Shown: piece by piece, positions 1 through 12,273 of the stretch | How positions within the stretch are numbered: position 1 is the first letter of the stretch | How the letters are laid out: each line of letters opens with the position of its first letter | Source: Campylobacterota bacterium | GTDB taxonomy: Bacteria; Campylobacterota; Campylobacteria; Campylobacterales; Arcobacteraceae | Length of the DNA stretch: 64,000 bases | Reading direction: 5' to 3' | Assembly: GCA_034717895.1 (NCBI GenBank) | Contig: JAYEMD010000155.1 | Location: 2,813-66,812, forward strand | The notes under the pieces: generated by a model | What the model saw: only the letters and a program-made list of their open reading frames with translations | Database searches by the model: none | Told to the model about the DNA's origin: nothing | Position numbers and translations under genes: made by a program

Positions 1-1859
<1,859 letters not shown>

Positions 1860-1864
1860 AAAAG

Positions 1865-1890
1865 CCCTCTTAGAGAGGGGGGTTTATTTT
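1865..1890 (+). terminator. Short hairpin plus T-run between convergent ligA and MCP gene
   Basis: CCCTC-ttaga-GAGGG (1865-1879) followed by gggTTTaTTTTTT. Weak 5-bp GC stem. Confidence 0.45.
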
Positions 1891-3390
1891 TTATAGTTTC
1901 TTATGTTGTTTTAGTTTTTTCTCTACTTTTCGTCTCTCCGTACCTTCGTAGTCAAGGTCTACAAGATTTTCCCTTATGTGAACTTTTTCTTTTCCTAAAA
2001 CTTCTTTAGTTTTTGCATCTTCAACAATCTTTTGTGCTATATCATTTGATTGTACTGCAACAATGTTTGTCTCATGAGCTATTTTAGCACTTTCTTGTGT
2101 TTTTTTGTCAAGCATAACTACGGCATCGTTGATCTGGGCAATTCCTTGTTCTTGCTCTTTACTTGCATGTGCTACTGAGGCTATCAGTTTTATGGTGTGG
2201 TCGATGTTATCATTTAATTGCTCATATCCCTGTATCATATCGTTTGCAATAGTTTTTCCTTCACTTGCTTTAAGTGTTGCTTTTTCTACAAGTGTTTTTA
2301 TCTCATTCGCAGCTTCTGCCGATCTTGATGCAAGATTTCTAACCTCTTGTGCAACAACTGCAAAACCTTTACCCGCTTCTCCGGCTGTTGCCGCCTCTAC
2401 GGCTGCATTTAATGATAGGATATTTGTTTGAAATGCTATTTGATCAATAACTGAAATAGCTTCATTAATAGAGGTGACTTCATTATTTATATTATCCATA
2501 GAGATAGCTGTCTTATTGGCTAGCTCTTTACCATTGTTTGCAGATTTTGTTACATTATTTGCATATCGCGTCATTTGAGTTGTATTTTCATTACTGTTTT
2601 TAATATTTGATGTGATCTCTTCAAGTGATGCAGATGTTTCCTCTAAAGATTTTGCCTGCTCTTGTGCCGCAACATTGATTGTGTGTACGTTTTGTGCAAG
2701 GGTATCTGCACCTTTTTGCAGTGCAAGACCGTTATGAAGGTTCTCTAAACTAAGGTCAGACAAAGATTTTCCAAGTTGATTGATACCGTTTGCAAGTCCT
2801 ATTATATCTTCTTGCATCCCCGTAGTATCAATTGTATGCGTATAGTTATTATTTTTATACTCTTCAACTATTTTTAGCATATCTTGGATAAATGCATCTT
2901 TACTCTGTGCTGTTGCAATTGCTTCAAGTGCTTTATTAATGTTTTGAGAATACTTAACAAACTCCCCTTTTAAACCTGAAGGATACATTTTTCTATGTGA
3001 CTGCCCTTTTGATATAGCTTCAAGTGCACTATTTAAATCTCGTGTAAATATCTCCATTTGATCAAGTACATCATTTATATTCCAAGCCAATTGACCTACC
3101 CGTGTATTTTCATTTATTTTTGTAACTCTATTATAAAGAATACCGTGAGAGGCTTCACTGGTTACATTATAAATATTTTTTACTTGATTTAGATTATCCC
3201 CAAGTATCTTATTGCCAATAATGTATAAAGTAACAGAAAAAACCGAGGATAAAATTGCCAAGATTGTAATAAGTTGCGGATTTAAAATATCTATAAAGAA
3301 TATCATTGAAATATTAAACATTAATATTGTTGAAACAAGTGTGGTTAAAATATAGTTTTTTAAAAATCCAAGTGTTTGCATAAATTTCAT
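1891..3390 (-). CDS. Methyl-accepting chemotaxis protein without periplasmic sensor domain (CetA/Aer-like transducer)
   Basis: Two N-terminal hydrophobic helices separated by only NPQ. Canonical MCP signalling hairpin [40 protein letters not shown]. Start overlaps the stop of the upstream PAS gene (TAATG). Confidence 0.9.
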   Translation of the reverse strand: MKFMQTLGFLKNYILTTLVSTILMFNISMIFFIDILNPQLITILAILSSVFSVTLYIIGNKILGDNLNQVKNIYNVTSEASHGILYNRVTKINENTRVGQLAWNINDVLDQMEIFTRDLNSALEAISKGQSHRKMYPSGLKGEFVKYSQNINKALEAIATAQSKDAFIQDMLKIVEEYKNNNYTHTIDTTGMQEDIIGLANGINQLGKSLSDLSLENLHNGLALQKGADTLAQNVHTINVAAQEQAKSLEETSASLEEITSNIKNSNENTTQMTRYANNVTKSANNGKELANKTAISMDNINNEVTSINEAISVIDQIAFQTNILSLNAAVEAATAGEAGKGFAVVAQEVRNLASRSAEAANEIKTLVEKATLKASEGKTIANDMIQGYEQLNDNIDHTIKLIASVAHASKEQEQGIAQINDAVVMLDKKTQESAKIAHETNIVAVQSNDIAQKIVEDAKTKEVLGKEKVHIRENLVDLDYEGTERRKVEKKLKQHKKL

Positions 3391-3911
3391 TAGATATCTC
3401 CTTGTAGTGATAACACTAATTGATCGTAAGTAGTATTATTTTGAGCTAAAAAATCCATTAAAAAATCAACACTTTTATGAACACCGCCTGAATTCTCCAA
3501 GGATACCATTTGTCTATATATGGGTTCTATAGCGTCTATAGCACTCTGGTTTGCTTTTCTTCTTACGGAAGTGTATCCTACAATATTCCCTTTCTCGTCA
3601 TAATCAGCAGTTATATTGGTAAATACCCAATAGTATCCACCGTGTTTTCTTAAATTTTTTACAAAACCAAAAAACTCTTTGCCTGATTGGATTAAATCCC
3701 ATGCCAATTTAAACGCAGCTTTTGGCATATCCGGATGTCTTACAAGGTTGTGATTTTTACCTATTAGTTCACTTTCATCATATTCTGCCATCTCCATAAA
3801 TATTTGATTGCAGTATGTTATGATCCCTTTTGTATCGGTTTTAGATACAATAAAGTCATCTTGATTTAGTTTCTTTTCTTCATCTCTCGGTGTTATCTTA
3901 TTTTTACTCAT
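3390..3911 (-). CDS. Stand-alone PAS-domain protein (Aer/CetB-like, probable FAD-type PAS)
   Basis: 173 aa with no TM segment. [19 protein letters not shown]...[15 protein letters not shown] matches the Aer-type PAS signature (RHPDMP). Confidence 0.85.
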   Translation of the reverse strand: MSKNKITPRDEEKKLNQDDFIVSKTDTKGIITYCNQIFMEMAEYDESELIGKNHNLVRHPDMPKAAFKLAWDLIQSGKEFFGFVKNLRKHGGYYWVFTNITADYDEKGNIVGYTSVRRKANQSAIDAIEPIYRQMVSLENSGGVHKSVDFLMDFLAQNNTTYDQLVLSLQGDI

Positions 3912-3981
3912 ATTACTTCCAACTTCTAATTTAGAATATAACGAGATTATAGTGAATATTGATTGTAAGATAACTTAAAGT

Positions 3982-4437
3982 TTACATAAGTAATGTATTT
4001 AATTCTTTTTCATTATATATTTTTATATTTATACTATTTAAATAAGAAACAGTTATACCGACTCCTTTTATTTTATTTGAGCTAAACGTACCGTCATATA
4101 TATATTGATTAGAACATGAGGGTGAGTTACTTTTGAGTAATGCTTTTTTTATATGGTTCTTTTTGCATAGTTCAAGTGCTTTTGAAGCACCTTTTAAAAA
4201 CTCATTTGTTTTATCATTATTCTTTTTATCTATAACTTTAATTGGGTTCAATGATATAATCTCACATGGAACTCTTGGTGTTGGCAGACCACCTTCAACT
4301 TCCGGACAAAACGGGAAAAGTTCAAATTTACTTTTTAATTCTTCTATTGTAGTTTCATCAAGTTTGTTATGTGAACCGTTATATTTTACAAGCTCTCCTA
4401 AAAGACAGCTGCTTATTAGAAGTTTTTCTTTTTTCAT
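3982..4437 (-). CDS. DUF523 family protein (TudS-like Fe-S thiouracil desulfidase family)
   Basis: N-terminal LLISSCLLGELVKYNG and FCPEVEGGLPTPRVPCEI motifs. Three spaced Cys (SSC, FCPE, SPSC) as in DUF523. Confidence 0.7.
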   Translation of the reverse strand: MKKEKLLISSCLLGELVKYNGSHNKLDETTIEELKSKFELFPFCPEVEGGLPTPRVPCEIISLNPIKVIDKKNNDKTNEFLKGASKALELCKKNHIKKALLKSNSPSCSNQYIYDGTFSSNKIKGVGITVSYLNSINIKIYNEKELNTLLM

Positions 4438-4453
4438 AATTATATATCCTAAA

Positions 4454-4479
4454 TAAAAAAACCCCGACCGTAGTCGAGG
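4454..4479 (-). terminator. Rho-independent terminator of the por operon
   Basis: On the minus strand, CCTCGAC-tacg-GTCGGGG (7-bp stem with one G-U) is followed by a T8 run. It lies 50 nt after the porB stop. Confidence 0.75.
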
Positions 4480-4529
4480 TTAGTAATATAGAGAAGAGAA
4501 CTATTAAGTTCTTGCACTCAGCAAGGACA

Positions 4530-5507
4530 TTAAGTTCTTGCTTCCTCTCTTCTTTGTAGATATTCCCAGTCTTTATTAACTCTTTTTTGCCACTCTTCGA
4601 TTAAGTATTCGTTTTCCGGCTTAAATAAGTGTTTAAATCTTGGTTGAACACCCAAGTAATCTCTTACAGGAACGATATTTTTTGGTCTGTAAGTGATGTT
4701 TAGTTCTCTACCGTCAATGATCTCATATAATGGGAACACAAGTGAATCTGTAGCCATATCTGAAACTTCGATTGTTTGGTGGATAGGGAACTTCCACTCA
4801 GTTGTACATGCAGACATAGCATTGATATATACAGGTCCTTTAGTATCAAATCCTCTTTGTACTTTTTTAACCATATCTTTCCATTTATTTGGAGCGATTT
4901 GAGCTACATATGGAGAACCGTGTGCTGCCATGATTTGTAGCATATCTTTTTTGTGTTGCTTTTCACCGTATGAGTGAGAACCAGCCGGTGTAGTTGTAGC
5001 ACTTGCACCGATTGGTGTAGCAGATGATCTCTGCCCTCCGGTATTTGCATATACCTCATTATCAAGACATACATACATCATATCGTGTCCTCTTTCAAAA
5101 CATCCAGAGATCCATTGGAATCCGATATCGTAAGTTGCACCGTCACCACCAAATGCGATGAATTTAGGCTCAGGAGTATCAGCAGGGATTCTACCTTTTG
5201 CTCTTAATGCTTTGTTTGCAGTTTCTGCACCTGCAATTGCCGTAGAAGAGTTCTCAAATCCAATATGGATCCATGAACAATCCCATGAAGTATGTGGATA
5301 GATAGCTGTACAAACTTCAAGACAACCTGTTGAAGCAGATACAACTAAGTTATCATTTGTCGCATTTAAAATCTCTCTAACAATAATTGAGTGAGCACAT
5401 CCCGGACATAGTACGTGAGCTCCCTCAAATCTTTCTGCAGCTGTAGAGAAAGATTTTAAGTTTTTAATCTCTTTATTTCCTTGTGGTTTACCTAATAAAC
5501 TACTCAT
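4530..5507 (-). CDS. porB: Pyruvate:ferredoxin oxidoreductase beta subunit (TPP-binding)
   Basis: Cys-rich N-terminus CPGCAHS, TPP motif GGDGATYDIGF...NEVYANTGGQ. Last gene of the porGDAB order. Confidence 0.9.
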   Translation of the reverse strand: MSSLLGKPQGNKEIKNLKSFSTAAERFEGAHVLCPGCAHSIIVREILNATNDNLVVSASTGCLEVCTAIYPHTSWDCSWIHIGFENSSTAIAGAETANKALRAKGRIPADTPEPKFIAFGGDGATYDIGFQWISGCFERGHDMMYVCLDNEVYANTGGQRSSATPIGASATTTPAGSHSYGEKQHKKDMLQIMAAHGSPYVAQIAPNKWKDMVKKVQRGFDTKGPVYINAMSACTTEWKFPIHQTIEVSDMATDSLVFPLYEIIDGRELNITYRPKNIVPVRDYLGVQPRFKHLFKPENEYLIEEWQKRVNKDWEYLQRREEART

Positions 5508-5510
5508 TTT

Positions 5511-6749
5511 TTATCCTTGTACACTATAGTATTTTAATTCTGGTCCTCTAACACCGATCCATCTTTGGATAGAACCGTTAAGTTTACCAGCTTCTACTTC
5601 CGCTTGAGCATCTCTGTAGATTTTGCTTAAATTTTCAATATTGATATCTCTTCCACCTAGACCGTAAATAAGGTTGCTTAATAGCGGTCTAGCATTTGTG
5701 TTGAATAATGCAGCAGCAATATCGTTGTATAATAGACCGGTTTGTCCACCAGGAGCAGATCTGTCCATACATACGACAGCTTTAGCATCTTTTAATTTTT
5801 CAGCTAATTGATCCATTTGAGTAGGTCTGAAAACTCTAGGCATAATAACACCGGCTTTGATACCCTCTTCTCTCATCTTATCACAAGCTACTTGAGCAGT
5901 TTGGTAAGTTGTACCCATACATACGATAACTACTTCAGCACCATCCATTCTGTGCTCTTCGATCATATTGTATTTTCTACCGCTAACTTTTGCATACTCT
6001 TCAAAAACTTCTTCGATAACTGATACAGAATCCATCATCGCTTTGTTTTGTTTAGCTTTATGCTCAAAGTGCCAGTCTGATTCAGTTTGTACCCCGTGAG
6101 TTACAGGCTTGTCAAAGTTTAACATAGAGTTAACTTCTTGGTAGTCTCCAACAAAATCATAAGCTGCATCGTCAGTTAATGGTCTAACGTTTTGAGCTTT
6201 ATGAGAAGTCAAGAAACCATCTTGGTTAACGATAACAGGAAGTCTAACATCTTTGTTTTCACCGATTCTAAATGCACATAGTACTAAGTCGTAAGACTCT
6301 TCCGGAGTACATGCATCGATAGATATCCAACCAGATTGGTTAGCAAGATACATATCTGAGTGGTCACCGTTTACATTTAGTGGAGCTGCTAACGCTCTAT
6401 TGATCATACATAATACGATTGGAAGTCTCATACCAGAAGCTTGGTACAGTGTCTCAACCATAAGTGCAAGACCTTGAGATGAAGTTGCAGTTGCCGTTCT
6501 TGCCCCTGCCGCTGAAGCACCGATACATCCCGACATTGCAGCATGCTCAGATTCTGTCATGATCATCTCACCGTCAACATAACCGTTTGCATCATGAGAA
6601 GCGTATGCTTCAACTGTACCAGTTGAAGGGGTAATAGGATATGCAGATACTACATCAACACCGGCTTGTCTTAATGCATGAGAATTTGCAACATTTCCGT
6701 CCCAAACTTCTACGTCGTTTAGTTCCATCTGTCTTTTATTTCTATACAT
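5511..6749 (-). CDS. porA: Pyruvate:ferredoxin oxidoreductase alpha subunit
   Basis: Typical PorA N-terminus (...ELNDVEVWDGNVA...AYPITPST). Start uncertain: the ATG at 6749 has an AAAGGTGA RBS, while the listed GTG at 6761 would overlap porD by 8 nt. Confidence 0.9.
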   Translation of the reverse strand: MYRNKRQMELNDVEVWDGNVANSHALRQAGVDVVSAYPITPSTGTVEAYASHDANGYVDGEMIMTESEHAAMSGCIGASAAGARTATATSSQGLALMVETLYQASGMRLPIVLCMINRALAAPLNVNGDHSDMYLANQSGWISIDACTPEESYDLVLCAFRIGENKDVRLPVIVNQDGFLTSHKAQNVRPLTDDAAYDFVGDYQEVNSMLNFDKPVTHGVQTESDWHFEHKAKQNKAMMDSVSVIEEVFEEYAKVSGRKYNMIEEHRMDGAEVVIVCMGTTYQTAQVACDKMREEGIKAGVIMPRVFRPTQMDQLAEKLKDAKAVVCMDRSAPGGQTGLLYNDIAAALFNTNARPLLSNLIYGLGGRDINIENLSKIYRDAQAEVEAGKLNGSIQRWIGVRGPELKYYSVQG

Positions 6750-6753
6750 AGTA

Positions 6754-7215
6754 TTATTCACCTTTCTTTTTCTTCTCTGGCCATGCAGTCAGAGCGTCTT
6801 CATTTTTAGTATTTTCATCAAACATGATAAGTGATTTAGGGTTTGTAGGACAAACTTCCGAACAGATTCCACAACCTTTACAATGGTTATAGTCAATTCC
6901 TACCATCTCTTTATCTCTGGAGATAATAGAGGTATCCGGACAGTATAACCAACAGTTTTGACAGTCGATACAAAGATCAACATTCCATACCGGCTTTACA
7001 ACTCTCCAGTCACCAACGTACTTGTTCATAGAGTTTGTTTCTGCAACCGGTCTATTTTCCGGTTGTACATCTACAACAGTATGATCAATCTCATCTTCAA
7101 AAGAGAAAACTGCCGCACCTAAAACCAGATCATCCCAACCTTTGTTCCAGATTGAATCTTCACCGAAATCACTTTTATATAATTTATCTACTAATTCACT
7201 ATTATTTTGTGCCAT
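6754..7215 (-). CDS. porD: Pyruvate:ferredoxin oxidoreductase delta subunit (2x[4Fe-4S] ferredoxin)
   Basis: Two CxxCxxCxxxCP motifs: CIDCQNCWLYCP and CKGCGICSEVCP. Confidence 0.9.
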   Translation of the reverse strand: MAQNNSELVDKLYKSDFGEDSIWNKGWDDLVLGAAVFSFEDEIDHTVVDVQPENRPVAETNSMNKYVGDWRVVKPVWNVDLCIDCQNCWLYCPDTSIISRDKEMVGIDYNHCKGCGICSEVCPTNPKSLIMFDENTKNEDALTAWPEKKKKGE

Positions 7216-7224
7216 AATATACTC

Positions 7225-7788
7225 CTACTTAACTTCGTCATATGCTCTTTGGATAGCAAGCATATTTGCATCAATGATCTTTTCCGGAAGTTTTCCAAGA
7301 ACAGTTTTCATTGCTTCTTTAAAGTCATCAATTGGATGAACTTTACTTATTTGCATAAATGCTCCAAGAACAGGAGTATTTGGGATTGGTCTACCAATAG
7401 TCTCTTGTGCGATTTTTAAACAGTCAACAACGTATACATTGTCCTCTTTCCCTTGTAGTTCAGGAATTAATGAAATTAATTCGTCTTTTTCAAGGTGTGA
7501 AGTGATAATGTATTTTGTTTTTTCAGTACAGTCTTCTGTAATATTATCTGTATAAGCCAAACCTGGATCGATTACGAATACATAATCAGGTACCATATAT
7601 CTTTCATGGTTTAATAACTCATTGTCATCAACTCTATTGTAAGCCGTCATACCAGCTCCTCTTTTTGCAGAACCGTAAAATGAGAAAGCTTGTACTTGCT
7701 TTCCTGTTGCTGCCAATACTGAAGCAAGTCCTTTTGCACCTGTTACAGCACCTTGACCAGCTCGGCTATGCCATCTAATCTCTAGCAT
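7225..7788 (-). CDS. porG: Pyruvate:ferredoxin oxidoreductase gamma subunit
   Basis: MLEIRWHSRAGQGAVTGAKGLA is a typical gamma-subunit N-terminus. AAGGAGAG RBS upstream. First gene of the operon. Confidence 0.9.
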   Translation of the reverse strand: MLEIRWHSRAGQGAVTGAKGLASVLAATGKQVQAFSFYGSAKRGAGMTAYNRVDDNELLNHERYMVPDYVFVIDPGLAYTDNITEDCTEKTKYIITSHLEKDELISLIPELQGKEDNVYVVDCLKIAQETIGRPIPNTPVLGAFMQISKVHPIDDFKEAMKTVLGKLPEKIIDANMLAIQRAYDEVK

Positions 7789-7863
7789 TTTCTCTCCTTA
7801 GTTTCAAACGTGTATAATTGTTACCAAATGATAGACAATTACAACTTATATTATCCTTTAGAA

Positions 7864-8514
7864 CTATATCTTTTGAATTGATTTTACAGCTTCGAGTGAA
7901 TCATTCACAATATGTTCTGTAAATATTGATAACTCTTCTTTCTTTCCGTATCCGCATAGTACAGCTACACTGCTTATTTTTGCTTCATTTGCAGCTATTA
8001 GATCAAGCTTGGTATCACCTATCATATATACATCTTTTGTAGCCCCTATATTTAAATTTTCAAGTGCTTTTAATATCGGTTCCGGGTGTGGTTTTGGATT
8101 GACAACCTCTTGTCTGCCTATCATAGTTTCAAAATAGTGAAGAAGTTCAAGTTTTTCCAATAATACTTTAGAATATTGTGTTGTTTTTGTTGTTACAACG
8201 GCAAGTGTTGCAAAGCTTGAAGCAAGTTTTACGGCTTCAACTGCATTTGGTAAAAGTATTGTTTTATCATTAGCGATAATTTGATAATTTTCTTTATAGC
8301 TATCAACAAAATCCCAAACTATATTTTTCGGTACACCCAAGGTATGAAACATCACATCAAGAGGGTATCCTATCTCTTTTGTTATATCTTCTATTTTCCC
8401 TTTAAACTCAAAATCGTGTTTATCAAAAGCGTAGTAAAAAGATTCTAAAATAGCTTCCGTACTGTCTATTAAAGTACCGTCTAGGTCAAATAATATTGTT
8501 TTTTGTTTTTTCAT
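7864..8514 (-). CDS. HAD-superfamily hydrolase (phosphoglycolate phosphatase-like)
   Basis: HAD motif I ILFDLDGTLIDS, motif III/IV ...MIGDTKLDLIAA. Size 216 aa. Confidence 0.75.
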   Translation of the reverse strand: MKKQKTILFDLDGTLIDSTEAILESFYYAFDKHDFEFKGKIEDITKEIGYPLDVMFHTLGVPKNIVWDFVDSYKENYQIIANDKTILLPNAVEAVKLASSFATLAVVTTKTTQYSKVLLEKLELLHYFETMIGRQEVVNPKPHPEPILKALENLNIGATKDVYMIGDTKLDLIAANEAKISSVAVLCGYGKKEELSIFTEHIVNDSLEAVKSIQKI

Positions 8515-8523
8515 ATGATTGTT

Positions 8524-10023
8524 TTATTCCTTTATCCATTCATGTTGATTGTGCATTATACCTACAAGTGCAGGTTTTACATTTTTTATAGTTTTATTTA
8601 CGGTTGTGATACTATTTGGAACATATAAGAAAAGATACGGAAGATCTGAAGATATTTTGGCAAATATATTTTGATATATTTTTGCCAGTTTTGTTTTATC
8701 TATTGTTACCTCACCTTCTTCTATTAGTCGGTCAACTATTTTGTTTTTGTATCCAATAAAATTAAAACCGCCGGTTTTGTCACTGCTGCTGTGCCAGATA
8801 CTTCTGGCATCCGGTGCAAGGGACATACTCCATCCTAAAATAATTGCATCAAAATTTCTTGGATGTACTACCGTATTTAAAAATGCCTGCCACTCCATTA
8901 TTCTTATTTTCATTTTTATATTAGATTTTTGAAGTTGGTATTGAAGTATTTGTGCAGCATTTACCCTTATACTGTTATTTGCATTTGTTATTACGGTAAA
9001 TTCAAAGGGGTTGTTTTTATCATACCCTAAACTTTTTAATATCTTTTTTGATCTTTCTATATCTTGTGTCGGGGTTTTAACATCTTTGTTAAAAGCAAAG
9101 GTTCCCGGTAAAAACGGTCCGTTACACACTTTAGCATGTCCAAAGAAAAGTATATCAAGAAGCTCTTCCCTATCAATAGCATAACTTAAAGCTTCCCTTA
9201 CTCTTTTATCTCTAAATTTACCACTTTTTAAATTAAATCCCATATATGTAAAACTAAAACTTTGTTTTTCATATATATTATAACTATTTTTAAAGTTCTT
9301 ATCTATTTGTCTATCAATTTGAATAGGGGATAAACTTCCTATATCTAGTTGTTTTTGTTTTAACATATAAAATGATGTTGTAGGATCCGGAACAAATTTA
9401 TAATTTATAGTTTCTATTTTCGGTACCTTATCAAAATAGTTTTTATTTACATTTAGTATGATATCTTTTGAGATCTTTAGTTCATTTAGCATATAAGGTC
9501 CCGTACCTATAGGGTTTTTGTTAAACTTACTTGTCATAATATCTTTTTCATCTTTTAAAATATGCTCAGGGAGAATCCCGGTCATCCATATCTCCAACGC
9601 TTTAAAGTAGGGTTCTTTGTATATTATTTTTAAAGTATGATTATCTAATGCTGTTACACTTTTTACTTTTATAAAATTAGTAGTTACGGGGGTGTAAATC
9701 TTAGGGTCATTTATAGTTTTGTATGTAAACAGTAGATCTTTTGCACTAAACGGTTCACCGTCATGCCATAAGATATTTTTTTTAAGTTTTATTATTAGAG
9801 TAGTATTGTTTTCAAATTTATAAGAAGATGCAAGATCTTCAACTACATTTCCATCTTTATCGTATTTAAAAAGACCGTTAAATATCCAGCCGCTTATTTC
9901 GCTGCTTGCGCTGTCTATTGAAAGTATAGGGTTTATTCTGCTTGGGTTTGATGATATGGAAAGGTTTAAAGTGCTTCCATATATAAATGTTGATAATAAG
10001 ATTAATGTGATAAGTTTTTTCAT
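8524..10023 (-). CDS. ABC transporter substrate-binding protein, family 5 (peptide/nickel type), orphan
   Basis: Signal peptide MKKLITLILLSTFIYG, about 500 aa, family-5 SBP-like sequence (WHDGEPFSAKD, GTGPY). No permease or ATPase genes adjacent. Confidence 0.8.
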   Translation of the reverse strand: MKKLITLILLSTFIYGSTLNLSISSNPSRINPILSIDSASSEISGWIFNGLFKYDKDGNVVEDLASSYKFENNTTLIIKLKKNILWHDGEPFSAKDLLFTYKTINDPKIYTPVTTNFIKVKSVTALDNHTLKIIYKEPYFKALEIWMTGILPEHILKDEKDIMTSKFNKNPIGTGPYMLNELKISKDIILNVNKNYFDKVPKIETINYKFVPDPTTSFYMLKQKQLDIGSLSPIQIDRQIDKNFKNSYNIYEKQSFSFTYMGFNLKSGKFRDKRVREALSYAIDREELLDILFFGHAKVCNGPFLPGTFAFNKDVKTPTQDIERSKKILKSLGYDKNNPFEFTVITNANNSIRVNAAQILQYQLQKSNIKMKIRIMEWQAFLNTVVHPRNFDAIILGWSMSLAPDARSIWHSSSDKTGGFNFIGYKNKIVDRLIEEGEVTIDKTKLAKIYQNIFAKISSDLPYLFLYVPNSITTVNKTIKNVKPALVGIMHNQHEWIKE

Positions 10024-10094
10024 AAGTGATTGTATATAAAAAAAGCTGAAAAGATTTCTCTTTCCAGCTTTTGTAAAATAAGGTAAAGTACCAA

Positions 10095-10484
10095 TTATCT
10101 TTTCGAGAACTGTGGGCTTCTTCTTGCTTTTCTCTTACCTGGTTTCTTTCTTTCAACTTTTCTTGAGTCTCTAGTAAGAAGACCATGAGGTTTAAGAACT
10201 GCTCTGAATTGCTCATCATAAGCAACTAAAGCTCTTGAGATACCGTGTCTTAAAGCATCAGCTTGTGCAGAGTATCCTCCACCTAAAGTTTTAGCTACAA
10301 TGTTTACAGATTCTAATTGTTTAGAAACTTCTAACGGTTGTCTAACTCTTTTTTTAAGAGCTTCGTGACCACCTAGCCATACGTTTAATGGTTGACCGTT
10401 AACAGTGATATCACCTTTACCAACTTCTAGCCATACTTTTGCAATTGCCGTTTTTCTTCTTCCTGTTGCGTATATTTTTGCCAT
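10095..10484 (-). CDS. rpsI: 30S ribosomal protein S9
   Basis: Ends in ...[18 protein letters not shown]. Typical S9 sequence. rplM-rpsI operon order. Confidence 0.97.
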   Translation of the reverse strand: MAKIYATGRRKTAIAKVWLEVGKGDITVNGQPLNVWLGGHEALKKRVRQPLEVSKQLESVNIVAKTLGGGYSAQADALRHGISRALVAYDEQFRAVLKPHGLLTRDSRKVERKKPGKRKARRSPQFSKR

Positions 10485-10487
10485 TTA

Positions 10488-10910
10488 TTATCCTTGTACC
10501 TGTGCTGTATGTGGGTGATCTTCACCTGCATATACTTTTAAGTTTTTAAGTATTTTTGCACCTAATTTAGTTTTTGGTAACATACCTCTAGTTGCTAGTT
10601 TGAATAATTTTTCAGGATTATTCTCTAACATATCTGACATTTTATGAGTTTTTGTACTACCGAAATACCCTGAGTGAGTAAAGTAGTTTTTGTCCTCTAA
10701 TTTAGCACCTGTAAATTTAACTTTTGATGCATTAATGATAATTACATTATCTCCACAATCTACATTTGGCGTAAATGATGGTTTTCTTTTACCTCTTAAT
10801 ATAGAAGCAACTTCTGTTATAACTCTACCGAATACTTTATCGGCAGCATCAATAACGATCCAGTCTTTTTTAACTTCAGCTTGGTTTATACTTTTTGTAA
10901 ATTTATTCAC
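10488..10910 (-). CDS. rplM: 50S ribosomal protein L13
   Basis: KKDWIVIDAADKVFGRVITEVASILRGK is a typical L13 N-terminus. Confidence 0.97.
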   Translation of the reverse strand: MNKFTKSINQAEVKKDWIVIDAADKVFGRVITEVASILRGKRKPSFTPNVDCGDNVIIINASKVKFTGAKLEDKNYFTHSGYFGSTKTHKMSDMLENNPEKLFKLATRGMLPKTKLGAKILKNLKVYAGEDHPHTAQVQG

Positions 10911-11076
10911 GAACTGACCCTTTCTTAAAATAAGTGTGGAATAATAGGGTAATCATTCTTATATAAGGCTTAAATTAAGTAAGATTTAAATTAATGTTGA
11001 AAATTGTTTAGTCTTAGATTTAGAATTTAATATATTATTAATAATCTATTCAGTTACACTTAAATATAATTTTGAC

Positions 11077-12273
11077 ATGTTTGATAAAGAATTTCTAAAA
11101 ACCTTAACAATTATGTATGTTGAAGATGATGAGAGCATTAGAGGCTCTTTGGGCACTATGTTAAAAAAAATATTTGGTGAAGTGATCATTTGTATTGACG
11201 GTAATGAAGGTGTGCAACAATTTAAACACTATACTCAAGATAAGAATAAGCAGATCAATGCAATAGTAAGTGATATAAATATGCCTAATTTAAACGGCAT
11301 AGATATGGCAAAAGAGATAAGGGAGCTTGATACTGAGATTCCTATTATATATACTACGGCACACGGTGAATCCAACTATTTGATGGAGGCAATTAAATTA
11401 AAAATTGCTTATTATGCATTAAAGCCCATTAATATAACTGAGCTTATCCAAACCATTTCTAAAATATGTGCAGTAGAACACAATAAAAAATTAATAAGTA
11501 AAAAAGAGCAGCAGCTTACTCAATATATAAAAATTATGGATCAAATTACTACTAATTTTAAAGTAGATAGACAAGGTAATATTATTGAAGCTAATGAGAT
11601 GTTAGCAGAGATATCAGAATACACAAAAGAAGAATTGCTGTTGATGAATATAGATAAGATATTACATCAAGATGCAGTTATCAAATCTCATAAAGATATT
11701 GTAGATCTTATCGGTAATAAGAGTGAATATAAAGGAAAAATAAAATTTATATCCAAAAGTGGGAATACATTTTATCTAAATACAACCGTTATGCCAAGTT
11801 ATAATGATGCAACCTCTGCACTTACAGGAGCTGTATATATTGGGCTTGATCAGACAAGTGACGAACTTGAAAAACAACAAACTATGCAGCGTGTAAGAAA
11901 GAATATATTAGAACAAAGAGGCAAAGAATCTTCTTATACTGCAAGAATTAAACAATTAGAACAGGAGTTGGAGAAATACAGTACTTTACCTGTTAGTGTA
12001 AAAGATGCTGAGTTTATGAAAAATGCTTTATCTAAAGAGAGACAAAAAGTTGCATCTCTTAATTCTCAGGTTGAACATTATGAATATGAACTTAAAAATG
12101 TTTCAAGCCAAAGAAACTATGCTATAGAAGATGAACGAAATAAAAAAACTGAACTGATGAAAAAAATTAAAGATCTAAACAGAGAAAATGGAAATCTTCA
12201 GTCTAAAGTTATTGAGTTGCAGGCATTAGTTGCAAGATTAGAAGCACAAAAAAGGGGAAAAACCGTAGAGTGA
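11077..12273 (+). CDS. Response regulator: receiver + PAS + about 130-aa C-terminal coiled coil, no recognisable output domain
   Basis: REC motifs MYVEDDE, AIVSDINMPNLNG, ALKP. PAS-like core (DRQGNIIEANEMLAEISEYTKEELL...KGKIKFISKSGNTFYLNTTV). Heptad-rich tail (IKQLEQELEKY...VIELQALVARLEAQK). Confidence 0.8.
   Translation: MFDKEFLKTLTIMYVEDDESIRGSLGTMLKKIFGEVIICIDGNEGVQQFKHYTQDKNKQINAIVSDINMPNLNGIDMAKEIRELDTEIPIIYTTAHGESNYLMEAIKLKIAYYALKPINITELIQTISKICAVEHNKKLISKKEQQLTQYIKIMDQITTNFKVDRQGNIIEANEMLAEISEYTKEELLLMNIDKILHQDAVIKSHKDIVDLIGNKSEYKGKIKFISKSGNTFYLNTTVMPSYNDATSALTGAVYIGLDQTSDELEKQQTMQRVRKNILEQRGKESSYTARIKQLEQELEKYSTLPVSVKDAEFMKNALSKERQKVASLNSQVEHYEYELKNVSSQRNYAIEDERNKKTELMKKIKDLNRENGNLQSKVIELQALVARLEAQKRGKTVE

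Noticed and set aside
2300-2430. An identical 40-residue MCP signalling core in the two chemoreceptor genes (here and at about 35566-35690), considered as a recent duplication or recombination substrate
   Set aside because: The DNA differs at many synonymous positions, so the identity reflects protein-level conservation of the MCP hairpin, not a nucleotide repeat.
4503-4541. A 13-nt direct repeat ATTAAGTTCTTGC that duplicates the last codons and stop of porB 26 nt downstream, with a small hairpin CTTGC-actca-GCAAG between the copies
   Set aside because: It is short and isolated, and most simply a slippage or duplication remnant in the 3' UTR. The real terminator is the GC-rich hairpin at 4454-4479. 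I cannot assign it a function from sequence.
9878-10225. A 115-aa minus-strand ORF bridging the SBP gene start and the rpsI 3' end
   Set aside because: It overlaps two well-supported genes out of frame and spans their intergenic region. Its composition is junk-like.
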